DNA from: an uncultured Gammaproteobacteria bacterium | GTDB lineage: Bacteria > Patescibacteriota > Patescibacteriia > 2-12-FULL-57-11 | Assembly (NCBI GenBank): GCA_964648865.1 | Contig: CAZYLV010000002.1 | Coordinates: forward strand, 79,272-143,271 | Length of the DNA stretch: 64,000 nt | Direction of reading: 5' to 3' | Shown here: in pieces, positions 40,235 through 49,756 of the stretch | How positions within the stretch are numbered: the first letter of the stretch is position 1 | Layout of the letters: each line of letters begins with the position of its first letter | Position numbers and translations under genes: made by a program | The notes under the pieces: generated by a model | Database searches by the model: none | The model's input: only the letters and a program-made list of their open reading frames with translations | Told to the model about the DNA's origin: nothing

Positions 40235-40915
40235 ATGATGGAGGGGAAGCTTTTCCAGGACATCACGGAGAAGGACAAGGTGGGCGTGGTCCAAAAGCTC
40301 GTCGAGGAGAGCGCCGCGCGGCCGCCGCAACTGTTCCTGCTCGTGGCCTCTTCGCTGATGGCCGCCTTCGGGCTGCTGCAGGACAACGCCACGGCGGTCA
40401 TCGGCAGCATGCTGCTGGCGCCGCTGCTCGCGCCGATCCTCGGCTTCTCGATGGGCGTGGTCATGGCCGACGGGCGCCTCATCGCCAAGGCCCTGCGGAC
40501 GCTGGGCATCTACGCGGCACTGGTCATCGCTGCGGCTGCGGTGGTGACGTTCCTCTTCGCCTTCCGCGGCGACCCGCTCGGCGTCGAGGTCCTCTCGCGC
40601 ACCAGCCCGTCTCTGTTTTCGGCCGGCATCGCCGTGGCCGCCGGCGCCGCCGTGGCCTACGCGCTGATGCGGCCCGAGCTTTCCGCGGCCATCCCGGGCG
40701 TGGCCATCGCCGTGGCGGTGCTGCCGCCGCTCGCCGTGGTCGGCGTGACCTTGGCCCGCGGCCGCTGGGACCTCGTGGGCGGCGCCTTCCTGCTGTTCCT
40801 GGTCAATGCCGCGGGCATCGTCTTCGCCAGCATGGTCATCTTCTCCCTGATGCGCATCATGCTCAAACGCGGCGTCGCCGAGCAGACGCTCGACAAGGTC
40901 GAACGGGGAGCGTGA
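40235..40915 (+). CDS. DUF389-like (TIGR00341) membrane protein
   Basis: GLLQDNATAVIGSMLLAPLL.PI, RTSPS, PGVAIAVAVLPPL. Confidence 0.8.
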   Translation: MMEGKLFQDITEKDKVGVVQKLVEESAARPPQLFLLVASSLMAAFGLLQDNATAVIGSMLLAPLLAPILGFSMGVVMADGRLIAKALRTLGIYAALVIAAAAVVTFLFAFRGDPLGVEVLSRTSPSLFSAGIAVAAGAAVAYALMRPELSAAIPGVAIAVAVLPPLAVVGVTLARGRWDLVGGAFLLFLVNAAGIVFASMVIFSLMRIMLKRGVAEQTLDKVERGA

Positions 40916-40922
40916 GCAGACG

Positions 40923-40950
40923 AAAAGACGCCCGGTGCGGGGCGTCTTTT
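40923..40950. terminator. bidirectional intrinsic terminator
   Basis: AAAAGACGCCC-ggtgcg-GGGCGTCTTTT between convergent genes. Confidence 0.75.
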
Positions 40951-40954
40951 CCGT

Positions 40955-41356
40955 TCAGGGAAGGTCGTTCACCTTGACGATCGTCATCACCACGCGGCCG
41001 CCGCGGGCGTCCATCTGGTGCGGCATGCCCCGCGGGATGGAGACGACGTCGCCTGGCGCGGCGCGGAAGGTGCTGCCGCCCTCGATGCGCTCGGCCTTAT
41101 GCTCGCCGGGCCTGGTCACCCGGTCGCCGACGGGCGCGCCGCCGAGGACGAAGGTCACGGCGCCTTCGACCACGGTGAAGACGTCGGCCGCGGCGTCGTG
41201 GATCTCGGCCTCGGGCATGACGTCGTGGAGCACGATGACGGCCACGGCGTAGCGCTCGGAAAAGTCGCCGGCGACCAGCGTGACATGTTTTCCAGGCGCC
41301 GTCGTCGACGCGGCGATCTCCGTGATGCGCGTGGCGGGGATGGGGAGGTGTTCCAT
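40955..41356 (-). CDS. cupin-domain protein
   Basis: EIH...DVFTVVEG...PGDVVSIPRGMPHQ. Confidence 0.75.
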   Translation of the reverse strand: MEHLPIPATRITEIAASTTAPGKHVTLVAGDFSERYAVAVIVLHDVMPEAEIHDAAADVFTVVEGAVTFVLGGAPVGDRVTRPGEHKAERIEGGSTFRAAPGDVVSIPRGMPHQMDARGGRVVMTIVKVNDLP

Positions 41357-41357
41357 G

Positions 41358-41798
41358 TCAGGCGGCGGTCGGCACGGGCGGCCGGGCTTTGCGCCAGGCA
41401 AGCACTGCCAACCCTGTCACGCCGATGATCAGGGTCTGCGACAACAGGCAGAGCACGCAATAGGCGCCGAGGACGAAGAACTCGATGCCGGTGAGGTACA
41501 AGGAAAAGCCCAGCGCGCCGAGCGCGAGCGTCAGGTAGAGCGCCGCGGCGTTGCGCGGATGGCGCAGCAGCCACAGCCCGGCGGCCAGCAAGGCCAGGTT
41601 CCCGAGGATGCCGATGAGCGCCACGGGGATGCCGAACAGCTCGGAGAACGTGCTCTTGTTGACGATGTCGCAGGAGAACGTGGCCGAGATGTTGCAGAAG
41701 GCCGACCCCGCCGGCGCGAAGTGCTGCCAGAGGGCATAGCCGGCGTTGGCGGTGCCGATGCCGGTGAGCGCGGTGTTGGTGGCGACGAGCTTCCTCAT
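41358..41798 (-). CDS. vitamin K epoxide reductase (VKOR) family protein
   Basis: FCNISATFSCDIVN.S, FGIPVA..G, YCVLC redox motif, TM helices. Confidence 0.88.
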   Translation of the reverse strand: MRKLVATNTALTGIGTANAGYALWQHFAPAGSAFCNISATFSCDIVNKSTFSELFGIPVALIGILGNLALLAAGLWLLRHPRNAAALYLTLALGALGFSLYLTGIEFFVLGAYCVLCLLSQTLIIGVTGLAVLAWRKARPPVPTAA

Positions 41799-41799
41799 G

Positions 41800-42177
41800 T
41801 CAGGACGGGAGGGCGCAGCCGGTCTTCTCGGCGAGGTCCTCGAGCGATTGTTCGCCCGTCAGCCGCGTGCCGTCGGCGAAGATCCAGGTCGGGTAGCCCT
41901 CGATCTTGGCTTCCTGGCAGGCAGGCGCGACGGCGCTCTGGTTGCCCGGGATGGCGCACTCGATGTAGGGAAGCTTCTTGGCCGAATTGCCGAAGAGCTT
42001 CTTCTGGTTGGCGCAATGCGGGCACCAGAACGCGCCGTAGAACTTGGCGCCTCTCTCGCCGAGGCAGGAGGCGAAGCCGTCCAGCGGGCCGGGCTGGCTG
42101 TTGGTGTACCAGATGCCGCCGCCGATGCCGCCGACGACGAGCACCACGATGAGCGCGATGAGTGCGGGGAACTTCAT
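41800..42177 (-). CDS. membrane-anchored thioredoxin-like (DsbA-role) protein
   Basis: AKFYGAFWCPHC.NQK.LFG, PYIEC, C..AKIEGYPTW. Confidence 0.85.
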   Translation of the reverse strand: MKFPALIALIVVLVVGGIGGGIWYTNSQPGPLDGFASCLGERGAKFYGAFWCPHCANQKKLFGNSAKKLPYIECAIPGNQSAVAPACQEAKIEGYPTWIFADGTRLTGEQSLEDLAEKTGCALPS

Positions 42178-42224
42178 ATCCTCCCTACTATACGCCGTAG
42201 TAGTGGACTTGAGAAGCGGTGGCA

Positions 42225-42254
42225 TTGACATATGCAACTGAGTTGCATTAGCAT
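42225..42254 (+). promoter_or_regulatory. promoter TTGACA-18-TAGCAT with operator palindrome ATGCAACTGAGTTGCAT (42232-42248) in the spacer
   Basis: Perfect inverted repeat with 7-1-7 core, directly upstream of a Fur-family gene; ATG 6 nt after -10. Confidence 0.75.
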
Positions 42255-42260
42255 TGCCCC

Positions 42261-42683
42261 ATGCCTGCCGCCCACCCCTCCCTCGACGGCCTGCGCGCCG
42301 CCGGGCACCGCATCACGCCGGTGCGCCAGGAGATCGTCGCCCTGCTGGCGCGCTCCCGGATGCCGTTGACCGCCGCCGAGATCGGCGTGCGGCTTTCCCG
42401 CGTCCGTCCCGGGACCAACAAGACCACCGTCTATCGCGAGCTGGAGTTCCTGGTGGCACAGGAGGTGGTTTCCGTCGTCCGCTTCGGCGAGCGCAGCGCC
42501 CGCTACGAGATCGCCGGCGGCGAGCACCATCATCATCTCGTCTGCACGCGCTGCGGCCGCGTCGTCGACATCATGCTGTCGGACGATCCGGACCGCCACG
42601 CCGCGCGCATCCGCCGCGAGACCGGCTTCACCGTGACGAGCCACGCCCTGGAGTTCTTCGGGTCCTGCAGGGATTGCTCCTGA
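42261..42683 (+). CDS. Fur family transcriptional regulator (Zur-like)
   Basis: RITPVR, TTVYREL, HHHHLVCTRCG, C-terminal CRDC. Confidence 0.92.
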   Translation: MPAAHPSLDGLRAAGHRITPVRQEIVALLARSRMPLTAAEIGVRLSRVRPGTNKTTVYRELEFLVAQEVVSVVRFGERSARYEIAGGEHHHHLVCTRCGRVVDIMLSDDPDRHAARIRRETGFTVTSHALEFFGSCRDCS

Positions 42684-42686
42684 GAT

Positions 42687-43676
42687 ATGCGCATCGCTTT
42701 CGTCGGCAAGGGGGGCGCGGGGAAGACGACCAGCGCCGCGCTGTTCGCGGCCTATGCCAGGACGCGCGGCGTCCCGGTGCTGGCCGTGGACGCGGACATC
42801 AACATGCATCTTGGGCCGCTGCTCGGCCTGCCGGAGGCGCCTGCCGCGTCGCACATCTCGCATCCGGAAGCGGCCGCGTCACTCAAGACGCATCTCAAGG
42901 GCGACAACGAGCGCATCGCCAGCCTCGGCGCCTTCCGCAAGACCACGCCGCCCACGCGCGATTCGCGGTTCGTGGTCCTCGGCGACGAGGCCGATCCGCT
43001 GCTCGCGCGCTTCGCCGCAGGCGCGCCCGGGTTCCGCCTGCTCACCGTAGGGACGTATGAGGAGGAACGGATCGGCGCCAGCTGCTACCACAACAACCTC
43101 TCGGTGCTCGAGAACCTGCTGACGCATCTCGTGGACGCGCCCGGCGTGCTGGTCTGCGACATGGTCGCCGGCACGGACGCCTTCGCCAGCACGCTGCATG
43201 CGCAGTTCGACGTGCTCGCGCTCGTCGTGGAGCCGACGCGCCGCGGACTCGAGGTCTACGGCCAATACGCAGCGCTGGCCGCGGCCGCCGGCGTCGCGGA
43301 CCGGCTGGCCGTCATCGGCAACAAGGTCCGTGGTGGGGAGGACGAGGCCTTCCTGCGCGCGGCCATCCCGGCCGCGCGGTTCCTCGGTGTCATGGGCGAT
43401 GCCGCGGAGTTGCGGCGCCTGGACCGCGAGGGCGGCGCCGTCGACCTGGCCCGCATGGAGCCGGAGCACGTCGGCTGGTTGCCGGCGCTCTTCGCGCGGC
43501 TGGCCGCCCGCCCCGCCGACCCGGACGAGCGCTACCGCCAGCTGCTTGCCCTGCACCGCACCTATGTGGCGCAGGCCTCCATCATCGAGCGCTTCGGCGA
43601 CCTGACGACGCAGATCGACCCGGGCTTCGACTACGCGGGCCATCTCTCCCGGCTATGGCCGATCCGCGCCACCTGA
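42687..43676 (+). CDS. CooC-like (MinD/ParA superfamily) P-loop ATPase
   Basis: IAFVGKGGAGKTT deviant Walker A, VDAD, SCYH in place of CxC, DMVAG, VVEPT, GNK. Confidence 0.8.
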   Translation: MRIAFVGKGGAGKTTSAALFAAYARTRGVPVLAVDADINMHLGPLLGLPEAPAASHISHPEAAASLKTHLKGDNERIASLGAFRKTTPPTRDSRFVVLGDEADPLLARFAAGAPGFRLLTVGTYEEERIGASCYHNNLSVLENLLTHLVDAPGVLVCDMVAGTDAFASTLHAQFDVLALVVEPTRRGLEVYGQYAALAAAAGVADRLAVIGNKVRGGEDEAFLRAAIPAARFLGVMGDAAELRRLDREGGAVDLARMEPEHVGWLPALFARLAARPADPDERYRQLLALHRTYVAQASIIERFGDLTTQIDPGFDYAGHLSRLWPIRAT

Positions 43677-45127
43677 ACGTCTTTTCCGGGCCCACGGCTC
43701 TGGCCGATTCCCTCGATCCGGACAAGCAGCCCTATTTCCCCCTGATCGAGCTGCCGCCGGACCTCAACCCCCTGGCCGGGGATCGGGTGCGCATCTTCGC
43801 CAAGGCCATGCACCAGCACCCGCTCGGCAACGTCAAGGCGCTGCCGGCCTTGCGCATGCTCCGCGAGGCCGACGCCGCGCGTCCCCTGGCCGGGGAGTCG
43901 CTCATCGAGAACTCCTCGGGCAACACCGTGGCCTCGCTGGCCGTGTTGGGCCGCCTGTTCGGCGTCGCGCGCACGCGGGCCGTCGTCTCCCACGAGGTGA
44001 CGCCGGGCAAGCTGCAGCTGTTGCGGCTGTTCGGCGTCGAGGTCCAGGTCAACGAGGAGCCAATCTGTCCGGATCCGCACGACGCGACGAGCGGCATCCA
44101 CCTGGCAGCGCAGAAGGGCGCGGAGCCGGGCTGGCGCAACCCTGGCCAGTACGACAACGCCGCCAACCCCGCGGCGCATGAGGCCTGGACCGGCCCACAG
44201 ATCTGGGAGCAGACCGCCGGAGCGGTCACGGTCTTCTGTTGCGGCTTGGGGACCACCGGCACGGCGGTCGGCGCGGGCGGCTACCTCAAGCGGCGCGTGC
44301 CGCAGCTCGCGCGCATCGGCGTGGTGCGCGCGCCCAACAACCCGGTACCCGGCGTCCGCACGGAGAACCTGCTGCGGGAGATCGCCTTCGATTGGCGTGG
44401 TGCCGTGGATCGGCTCGTCGAGGTCGGCACCGTGGACGCGTACCGCGAGAGCCTGGCCCTCATCCGGCGCGGCATCGTCTGCGGCCCGAGCGCGGGCTTC
44501 GCCTACGCCGGCCTGCTGCGGTTCCTCGAGGAAGCGCGGGAGGCCGGCGGCCTGGACGCCCTGCGCAACGCGGCAGGCGAGGTCGTCGCCGTGTTCGTAT
44601 GTCCGGACTCGCCGCTGCCGTACCTCGACGAGTACTTTTCGTGCCTCGATGCCGCGCACTTCCCGGAGATCGTCGGGGAAGAGCTGCTGCTGCATCGCGC
44701 GGCGCGACCGAGGCGCGCCCCCGCGATGGCAACCGCGCTCGACGCTGCGGCCGCCTACGGGCGCCTGTACGACATGCCGGCGCCTGCCCTCGCGCGGGCC
44801 GTCGCCGCGGGGACGGCCGCCATGCGTCCTGGTGTGGCGCTCCTCGACCTGCGATCGGCTGAGGACTTCGCGCATTTCCACCTCATCGGCGCCGAGCGCC
44901 TGGAGTATCGGGACGCCTTACGGGATGTCGACAACATCGCCGCGGTCCTGGCAGGACGCACGGCGATCGTCATCTGCGCGCACGGGGCGCGGTCGCAGGT
45001 CCTGGCCGGGTTGCTGCGGCAACATGGCGTCGATGCCTGGAGCGTGGCGGGCGGCACCACGGAATGGTCCCGCCGCCACTTGCCGCGCTGGCGCGCCGAC
45101 GCTTGCCGGGTCCGGGACCGCACCTAA
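43655..45127 (+). CDS. PLP-dependent cysteine-synthase-like (fold type II) enzyme fused to a rhodanese domain
   Basis: PLGNVK (PLP lysine), ENSSGNT, QYDN.AN, GPQIW, GLGTTGT, GPSAG; C-terminal LDLR....F...H..GA and ICAHGARS active-site Cys, GG...W. Confidence 0.85.
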   Translation: MADPRHLNVFSGPTALADSLDPDKQPYFPLIELPPDLNPLAGDRVRIFAKAMHQHPLGNVKALPALRMLREADAARPLAGESLIENSSGNTVASLAVLGRLFGVARTRAVVSHEVTPGKLQLLRLFGVEVQVNEEPICPDPHDATSGIHLAAQKGAEPGWRNPGQYDNAANPAAHEAWTGPQIWEQTAGAVTVFCCGLGTTGTAVGAGGYLKRRVPQLARIGVVRAPNNPVPGVRTENLLREIAFDWRGAVDRLVEVGTVDAYRESLALIRRGIVCGPSAGFAYAGLLRFLEEAREAGGLDALRNAAGEVVAVFVCPDSPLPYLDEYFSCLDAAHFPEIVGEELLLHRAARPRRAPAMATALDAAAAYGRLYDMPAPALARAVAAGTAAMRPGVALLDLRSAEDFAHFHLIGAERLEYRDALRDVDNIAAVLAGRTAIVICAHGARSQVLAGLLRQHGVDAWSVAGGTTEWSRRHLPRWRADACRVRDRT

Positions 45128-45522
45128 GCGCGGTCCTTCTTGCCGTTCCTGCCGCCGAAGAACTTCTGGATGCGGTCGATGATGCCCTGGAGCGGGATGT
45201 TGACCTTCACCAGGTAGTCGACGATGCCGAACTTGCGGGCGCGCTCGATGTCCGTGTCCTGCGAGAGCACCGAACAGACGATGACCGGCGTCTTGTCGGC
45301 GCTGTCCTGCTTCTCCTTGAGGAACTCGAACCCGTCCATGCGCGGCATGCGCAGGTCCAGGAGGATGAGGTCGTAGCGGTTCTTCTTGAGCATCGCAAGC
45401 GCCTCGATCCCGTCCTTGGCCAGGGTCGTGTCGAACCCGTCGGTCCGCAGCTTCAACGTGAGGATCTTGGAGATCCCCATGTCGTCCTCGACGAGAAGGA
45501 TGCGCTTTTTGCGGCCGGGCAT
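45124..45522 (-). CDS. single-domain response regulator (receiver)
   Basis: [27 protein letters not shown]. Confidence 0.9.
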   Translation of the reverse strand: MPGRKKRILLVEDDMGISKILTLKLRTDGFDTTLAKDGIEALAMLKKNRYDLILLDLRMPRMDGFEFLKEKQDSADKTPVIVCSVLSQDTDIERARKFGIVDYLVKVNIPLQGIIDRIQKFFGGRNGKKDRA

Positions 45523-45611
45523 AGGTCACTGGGAGTATAGCACGCCCAAGCGGAGAAGGCTTGGCAGGAAGGCCGACCCATAGTATGCTCCCGCCAACTC
45601 CGTTGTTGTGT

Positions 45612-45684
<73 letters not shown>

Positions 45685-45711
45685 CAGAGCAACGGATTTT
45701 CGCGTCCTCTC

Positions 45712-46401
45712 ATGGAACCGCACGGCATCCGCCACCTCGGCATCATCCTGGACGGCAACCGCACCTGGGCCCGCGGTCGTGGCCTGCCGACGTTGGAGGG
45801 CCACCGCCGCGGCTACGATAGGCTCAAGGAGTTCGGGGACTGGTGCATCGCCCGCGGCATTCCCATGGTCACGGCGTTCGCCTTCTCCACGGAGAATTGG
45901 AACCGTGCGCCGGAGGAGGTCGCGTACCTGATGGAGCTGCTCGAGCGCGCGCTCAGCCGCGAGGTCGACGAGTTCGACAAGCGTGGCGTGCGGCTGCGGG
46001 TCATCGGGCGGCGCGAGGGGCTGCCCACGGCAATCGTCCGGGCCGCCGCGGCCGCCGAGGAGCGCACCAAGAACAACGGCAAGATGACCCTGCAGCTGGC
46101 CATCAACTACGGCGGCCGTCCGGAGATCGTCGATGCCGCCAAGCGCGCCCTGGCGGCGGGCCTCACGCCGGAGACGCTCACCGAGGAGGCCTTCACCCGT
46201 TTCCTGTACGCGCCGGAGACCCCCGATCCCGACCTCATCATCCGTACCGCCGGCCACCGGCGGCTCTCCGGATTCCTGCTCTGGGAGGCCGCCTACAGCG
46301 AGCTGCATTTCACCAAGACGCTCTGGCCGGACTTCTCGGAGGTCGACCTCGACGCCGCTCTGGCCGACTACGCCGGCCGTGTACGCAAGTTCGGGAAGTG
46401 A
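45712..46401 (+). CDS. uppS: undecaprenyl diphosphate synthase
   Basis: HLGIILDGNRTWA, FSTENWNR, NYGGR.EI, PDLIIRT.G..RLSGFLLW. Confidence 0.95.
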   Translation: MEPHGIRHLGIILDGNRTWARGRGLPTLEGHRRGYDRLKEFGDWCIARGIPMVTAFAFSTENWNRAPEEVAYLMELLERALSREVDEFDKRGVRLRVIGRREGLPTAIVRAAAAAEERTKNNGKMTLQLAINYGGRPEIVDAAKRALAAGLTPETLTEEAFTRFLYAPETPDPDLIIRTAGHRRLSGFLLWEAAYSELHFTKTLWPDFSEVDLDAALADYAGRVRKFGK

Positions 46402-46416
46402 GCTATACTGGGCGTG

Positions 46417-47811
46417 ATGCCCAGGAGGAAAGGGGGGAAGACATCGTTCTGGAAGGACATGATGCGGACGATCGTGCGTCCGCTGCTTCCGTATGGCGGC
46501 CTGCTCATCGGCGTGGCGGCCGTCTCCGTGGTGACCCGCGAGGTGCCGGCCTTCCGGGGCTGGTTCGGTGGCGGCGAGGCCGGCATCCCGCTGGTCGTCG
46601 CCGTCATCTTCCTGCTCGGCTACTGGACCAACCGCCTTGCCCCCAAGACGACCATCCCGTCGTTCGTCTGGGCGATCTTCTTCGGCATGGCGCTGGAGCC
46701 GGCGCTCTCCACGCTCACCGGCGACCTCTCGGCCATCCGCGTGGTCATCGAGCTGTTGGCCGCCTTGGTGCTGTTCGGCGGCGGGGTCGAGGTGCCCTTC
46801 GCCAGCTTCAAGAAGTGGTTCGCGCCGATCGCGCTCCTGGCCATCCTGGGGGTGCTCTTCACGGCCTTCGGCTTCTCCTCGGCGCTCTCGCTCGTCGCTC
46901 CGGCGCTCGGTTTCGAGGTGCCGGTGGTCGCCGCCGTGCTGCTCGGCGCCATCCTCTCGTCGACCGACCCGACGGCCATCATCCCGTCGCTCAAGAAGCT
47001 GCGCTTCGTGCGTCCGTTCCTCAAGGACATCGCCGTCAGCGAGAGCGCGGTCAACGACGTCAGCGGCACCATCCTGACGCGCTTCCTGCTCGTGGGCGTG
47101 GCGGCGCTCGGCGCGGCCGGCGCCGGATCGGTCGCGGAGTGGTACGCGCCGCTGCTGCGCAAGGCCACGCTTGAGGCCTTCGCGCTGCAGGCGCTCTACG
47201 GCACGCTGGTCGGTCTCGTCGGGGCCTGGATGCTGCGGCGCTGGGCGGAGCGCGCCGCCAAGGAAGAGCATGCCAAGAGCGACCCGGCGCTGTTCCTCTC
47301 GGTGCCCATCCTGATGTACGCGGCGGGCAGCATCGTCGGCGGTTCCGGGTTCCTGGCGGCCTTCGTCGCTGGCCTGCTGTTCGACGCCCAGAGTCCGACG
47401 CGCGAGGTGCGCCACTTCTTTGAGCGGACCGTCGACGGCTTCGTGAAGCCGGTCATCTTCATCCTGCTCGGCGCGTTGGTGCCGCTGCCGGCCCTGCTCG
47501 CCGTGCTGCCCTTGGGCGTCGTCGCGGCCGCCGTCTTCATGTTCGTCATCCGACCGCTGGTCATCTTCCTGACGCTGCTGCCCTGGACCTGGGGCCGCGG
47601 CGCGTTCCATCTCCAGGACCTGCTGTTCCTGTCTTTCGTCCGTGAGACCGGCGTCATCCCGGCGGTGCTGCTGGTCATCACCGCCTCAACCGGGCTCGTG
47701 GGCAGCGGGCTGGTCCTGGCCGTCGGCATGTGGGTCATCCTGCTGACGCTCGTCATCGAACCGCCGCTCACGCCGTGGGTGGCCAAGAGACTGGGCGTCG
47801 CACGCCCCTAG
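46417..47811 (+). CDS. CPA1-type cation:proton antiporter
   Basis: LF.GG, GAILSSTDP, ESAVND, SGFLAAFVAG; about 12 TM helices. Confidence 0.88.
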   Translation: MPRRKGGKTSFWKDMMRTIVRPLLPYGGLLIGVAAVSVVTREVPAFRGWFGGGEAGIPLVVAVIFLLGYWTNRLAPKTTIPSFVWAIFFGMALEPALSTLTGDLSAIRVVIELLAALVLFGGGVEVPFASFKKWFAPIALLAILGVLFTAFGFSSALSLVAPALGFEVPVVAAVLLGAILSSTDPTAIIPSLKKLRFVRPFLKDIAVSESAVNDVSGTILTRFLLVGVAALGAAGAGSVAEWYAPLLRKATLEAFALQALYGTLVGLVGAWMLRRWAERAAKEEHAKSDPALFLSVPILMYAAGSIVGGSGFLAAFVAGLLFDAQSPTREVRHFFERTVDGFVKPVIFILLGALVPLPALLAVLPLGVVAAAVFMFVIRPLVIFLTLLPWTWGRGAFHLQDLLFLSFVRETGVIPAVLLVITASTGLVGSGLVLAVGMWVILLTLVIEPPLTPWVAKRLGVARP

Positions 47812-47821
47812 CCGCATCGCC

Positions 47822-48217
47822 ATGGCGTACTTCACGCATCTGCTCGACCAGACCCTCGGCAACGAGCGCTTCCGCACGGTGCTGCACACCGGGCGACGCA
47901 GCCAGCTGGTGCTGATGGCCATCCCGCCGGGAGGGGACATCGGCGAGGAGACGCACCCGCACGTCGAGCAGACCCTCTTCTTCATCTCCGGTTCGGCCGA
48001 GGCCGTGCTCGACGGCGAGGTCCGCAAGGTCATGGCCGGGGACGTGGTCGTCGTCTCGCCGGGCGTCCGTCACAACGTCCGTAACGTCGGCGCCATCCCG
48101 CTCAAGCTGTATACTGTCTATGTGCCGCCGAACCACATCGACGGCCGCGTCCATCGCACCAAGGCCGACGCCGAGGCCGATACGGAAGACGAAGCTTTCG
48201 GCGAGGCGGTGCGCTGA
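47822..48217 (+). CDS. cupin-domain protein
   Basis: QLVLMAIPPGGDIGEETH, PG.RHNV.N, LKLYTVY.PPNH. Confidence 0.88.
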   Translation: MAYFTHLLDQTLGNERFRTVLHTGRRSQLVLMAIPPGGDIGEETHPHVEQTLFFISGSAEAVLDGEVRKVMAGDVVVVSPGVRHNVRNVGAIPLKLYTVYVPPNHIDGRVHRTKADAEADTEDEAFGEAVR

Positions 48218-48247
48218 TCCCCTCCGTTCACTCCTCATTGGACGACT

Positions 48248-49150
48248 ATGCATGACGTCATGCGCAAGGCCACGGGCGTGGCCACATCGCTGATCGTCAC
48301 CTTGTCGCTGGTGCATCCCACGCTGGCGCAGGAGGTGACCCTCTCGCTCACGGAAGAGGAAGCGGCCGAGGAACAGGTCGTGGCTGCGCCGACGGACGCA
48401 CCGCTCGTGCGCTTCGCCAAGCTCGACCGTTCCTGGGTGGTCTACCGCGAGTCCGACTCGCAGCAGATCTGGGCCATCGGCGCCGACGGCACCACCAAGC
48501 ACGAGATCCAGACGCTCGCCTTCTTCTCCGCCTTCGACGCCAACTACCTGGTGAAGCTGCTCAAGCCCGGCCGGCTCGACGGCCTGACCGTCGGCGCGCC
48601 CATCACCTCCGCGGACGGGCTCGACGAGGACGCCTACCGCAAGCGTCCCTTCCAGTGCCGGCTCGTGAAGGTCGCCGACCGCCCGGCCGTCTACGTGGTC
48701 TGCTTCGGCAAGCGCCGCGCCGTCGTCCATGAGGACGTCTTCCACCGCTTCGGCTGGGAGTTCCGCGACGTCGAGACCGTCCCGCAGGCCGAGCTCGACG
48801 GCTACACGGACGAGGGCGTCGTCACCGACGACACGGTCTTCGAGGAGGGCGTGGAGATCGAGGGTACCGAGGACCGGCAGCTGCGCGAACGCCTTACGAC
48901 GCGCCTCGACCTGCGCGGCAAGCGCGTCGTGCGCCAGCGGGTGGTGCGCGTCATCGGCCGGCCGGACCTCTACGTCATCACGCGCGACGGCCTGCGTCGC
49001 CGCATCCGCGACGTGGCCGCGCTGCGCCGTCTCGCCATCGACGTCGGCGAGGTCTCCGAGGTGACCGCCGACGAGCTGGCGGCCTTCCCGGAAGGCGAGC
49101 CGCTGACCGCCGAAAGCGACGACGACTTCCTGGAAGAGGAGGTCGAGTAG
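48248..49150 (+). CDS. secreted hypothetical protein with three ~55-aa repeats
   Basis: Signal peptide; repeats of type LV(K/R)...P.(V/L)YV...G.RR.......F.......V..V...EL....G..(I/L). Confidence 0.7.
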   Translation: MHDVMRKATGVATSLIVTLSLVHPTLAQEVTLSLTEEEAAEEQVVAAPTDAPLVRFAKLDRSWVVYRESDSQQIWAIGADGTTKHEIQTLAFFSAFDANYLVKLLKPGRLDGLTVGAPITSADGLDEDAYRKRPFQCRLVKVADRPAVYVVCFGKRRAVVHEDVFHRFGWEFRDVETVPQAELDGYTDEGVVTDDTVFEEGVEIEGTEDRQLRERLTTRLDLRGKRVVRQRVVRVIGRPDLYVITRDGLRRRIRDVAALRRLAIDVGEVSEVTADELAAFPEGEPLTAESDDDFLEEEVE

Positions 49151-49188
49151 GCATCGGACGCATGGCCCCCGGTCCGCACGGACCGGGG

Positions 49189-49239
49189 GCTTCCGTCTTT
49201 CCAGGACGGCGCGGATGCGCTAGGGTCGGCTCGGAGGTG
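49189..49239 (+). repeat. 51-bp promoter+RBS direct repeat, copy 1
   Basis: GCTTCCGTCTTTCCAGGACGGCGCGGATGCGCTAGGGTCGGCTCGGAGGTG; contains TTTCCA-17-TAGGGT and GGAGGTG. Confidence 0.9.
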
Positions 49240-49243
49240 AGGG

Positions 49244-49756
49244 ATGATTGAGGACGACACCGACGACGCGAACGTCTACAGGGACGCGCGGGGTGAGCGG
49301 CACATCAAGCCGGACGCCGAGCCCATCCACCCGCGGCCCTCGGGGTACGCCTGGATCATGGACCACGAGACGGGAGAGGTCCTGGTCGTGAAGCAGGTCT
49401 GGGGAAGGGTCTGGAGCCTTCCCGGCGGAGGCATCGACGAGGATGAGGTCGATCTCGACGGTGCCGTGCGCGAGTGCAGGGAGGAGACGGGGTACGATGT
49501 CCGTCTCGACGGCACGTGCGTCATCGCGATGCGGAACAACTTCTACGACGACGTGACCCCCGGGCGTGCGCCGCGCTACTGTGACGCGGTCGTCACCGTG
49601 TTCCGGGGGCGGATCGTCGGGGAGCGGCGTCCCGTCGAGGAGGTCCCCCCGTACGCGGTGGAGGAGGTCATCGAGATCGCTTGGAAGCGACCGGACGACT
49701 TGCGAGCGGATGGATGCGATCGCATCTTGCGGGCGGTTCTCGAGCGGATGCGCTGA
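49244..49756 (+). CDS. NUDIX hydrolase
   Basis: Nudix box WSLPGGGIDEDE...AVRECREETGY. Confidence 0.88.
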   Translation: MIEDDTDDANVYRDARGERHIKPDAEPIHPRPSGYAWIMDHETGEVLVVKQVWGRVWSLPGGGIDEDEVDLDGAVRECREETGYDVRLDGTCVIAMRNNFYDDVTPGRAPRYCDAVVTVFRGRIVGERRPVEEVPPYAVEEVIEIAWKRPDDLRADGCDRILRAVLERMR

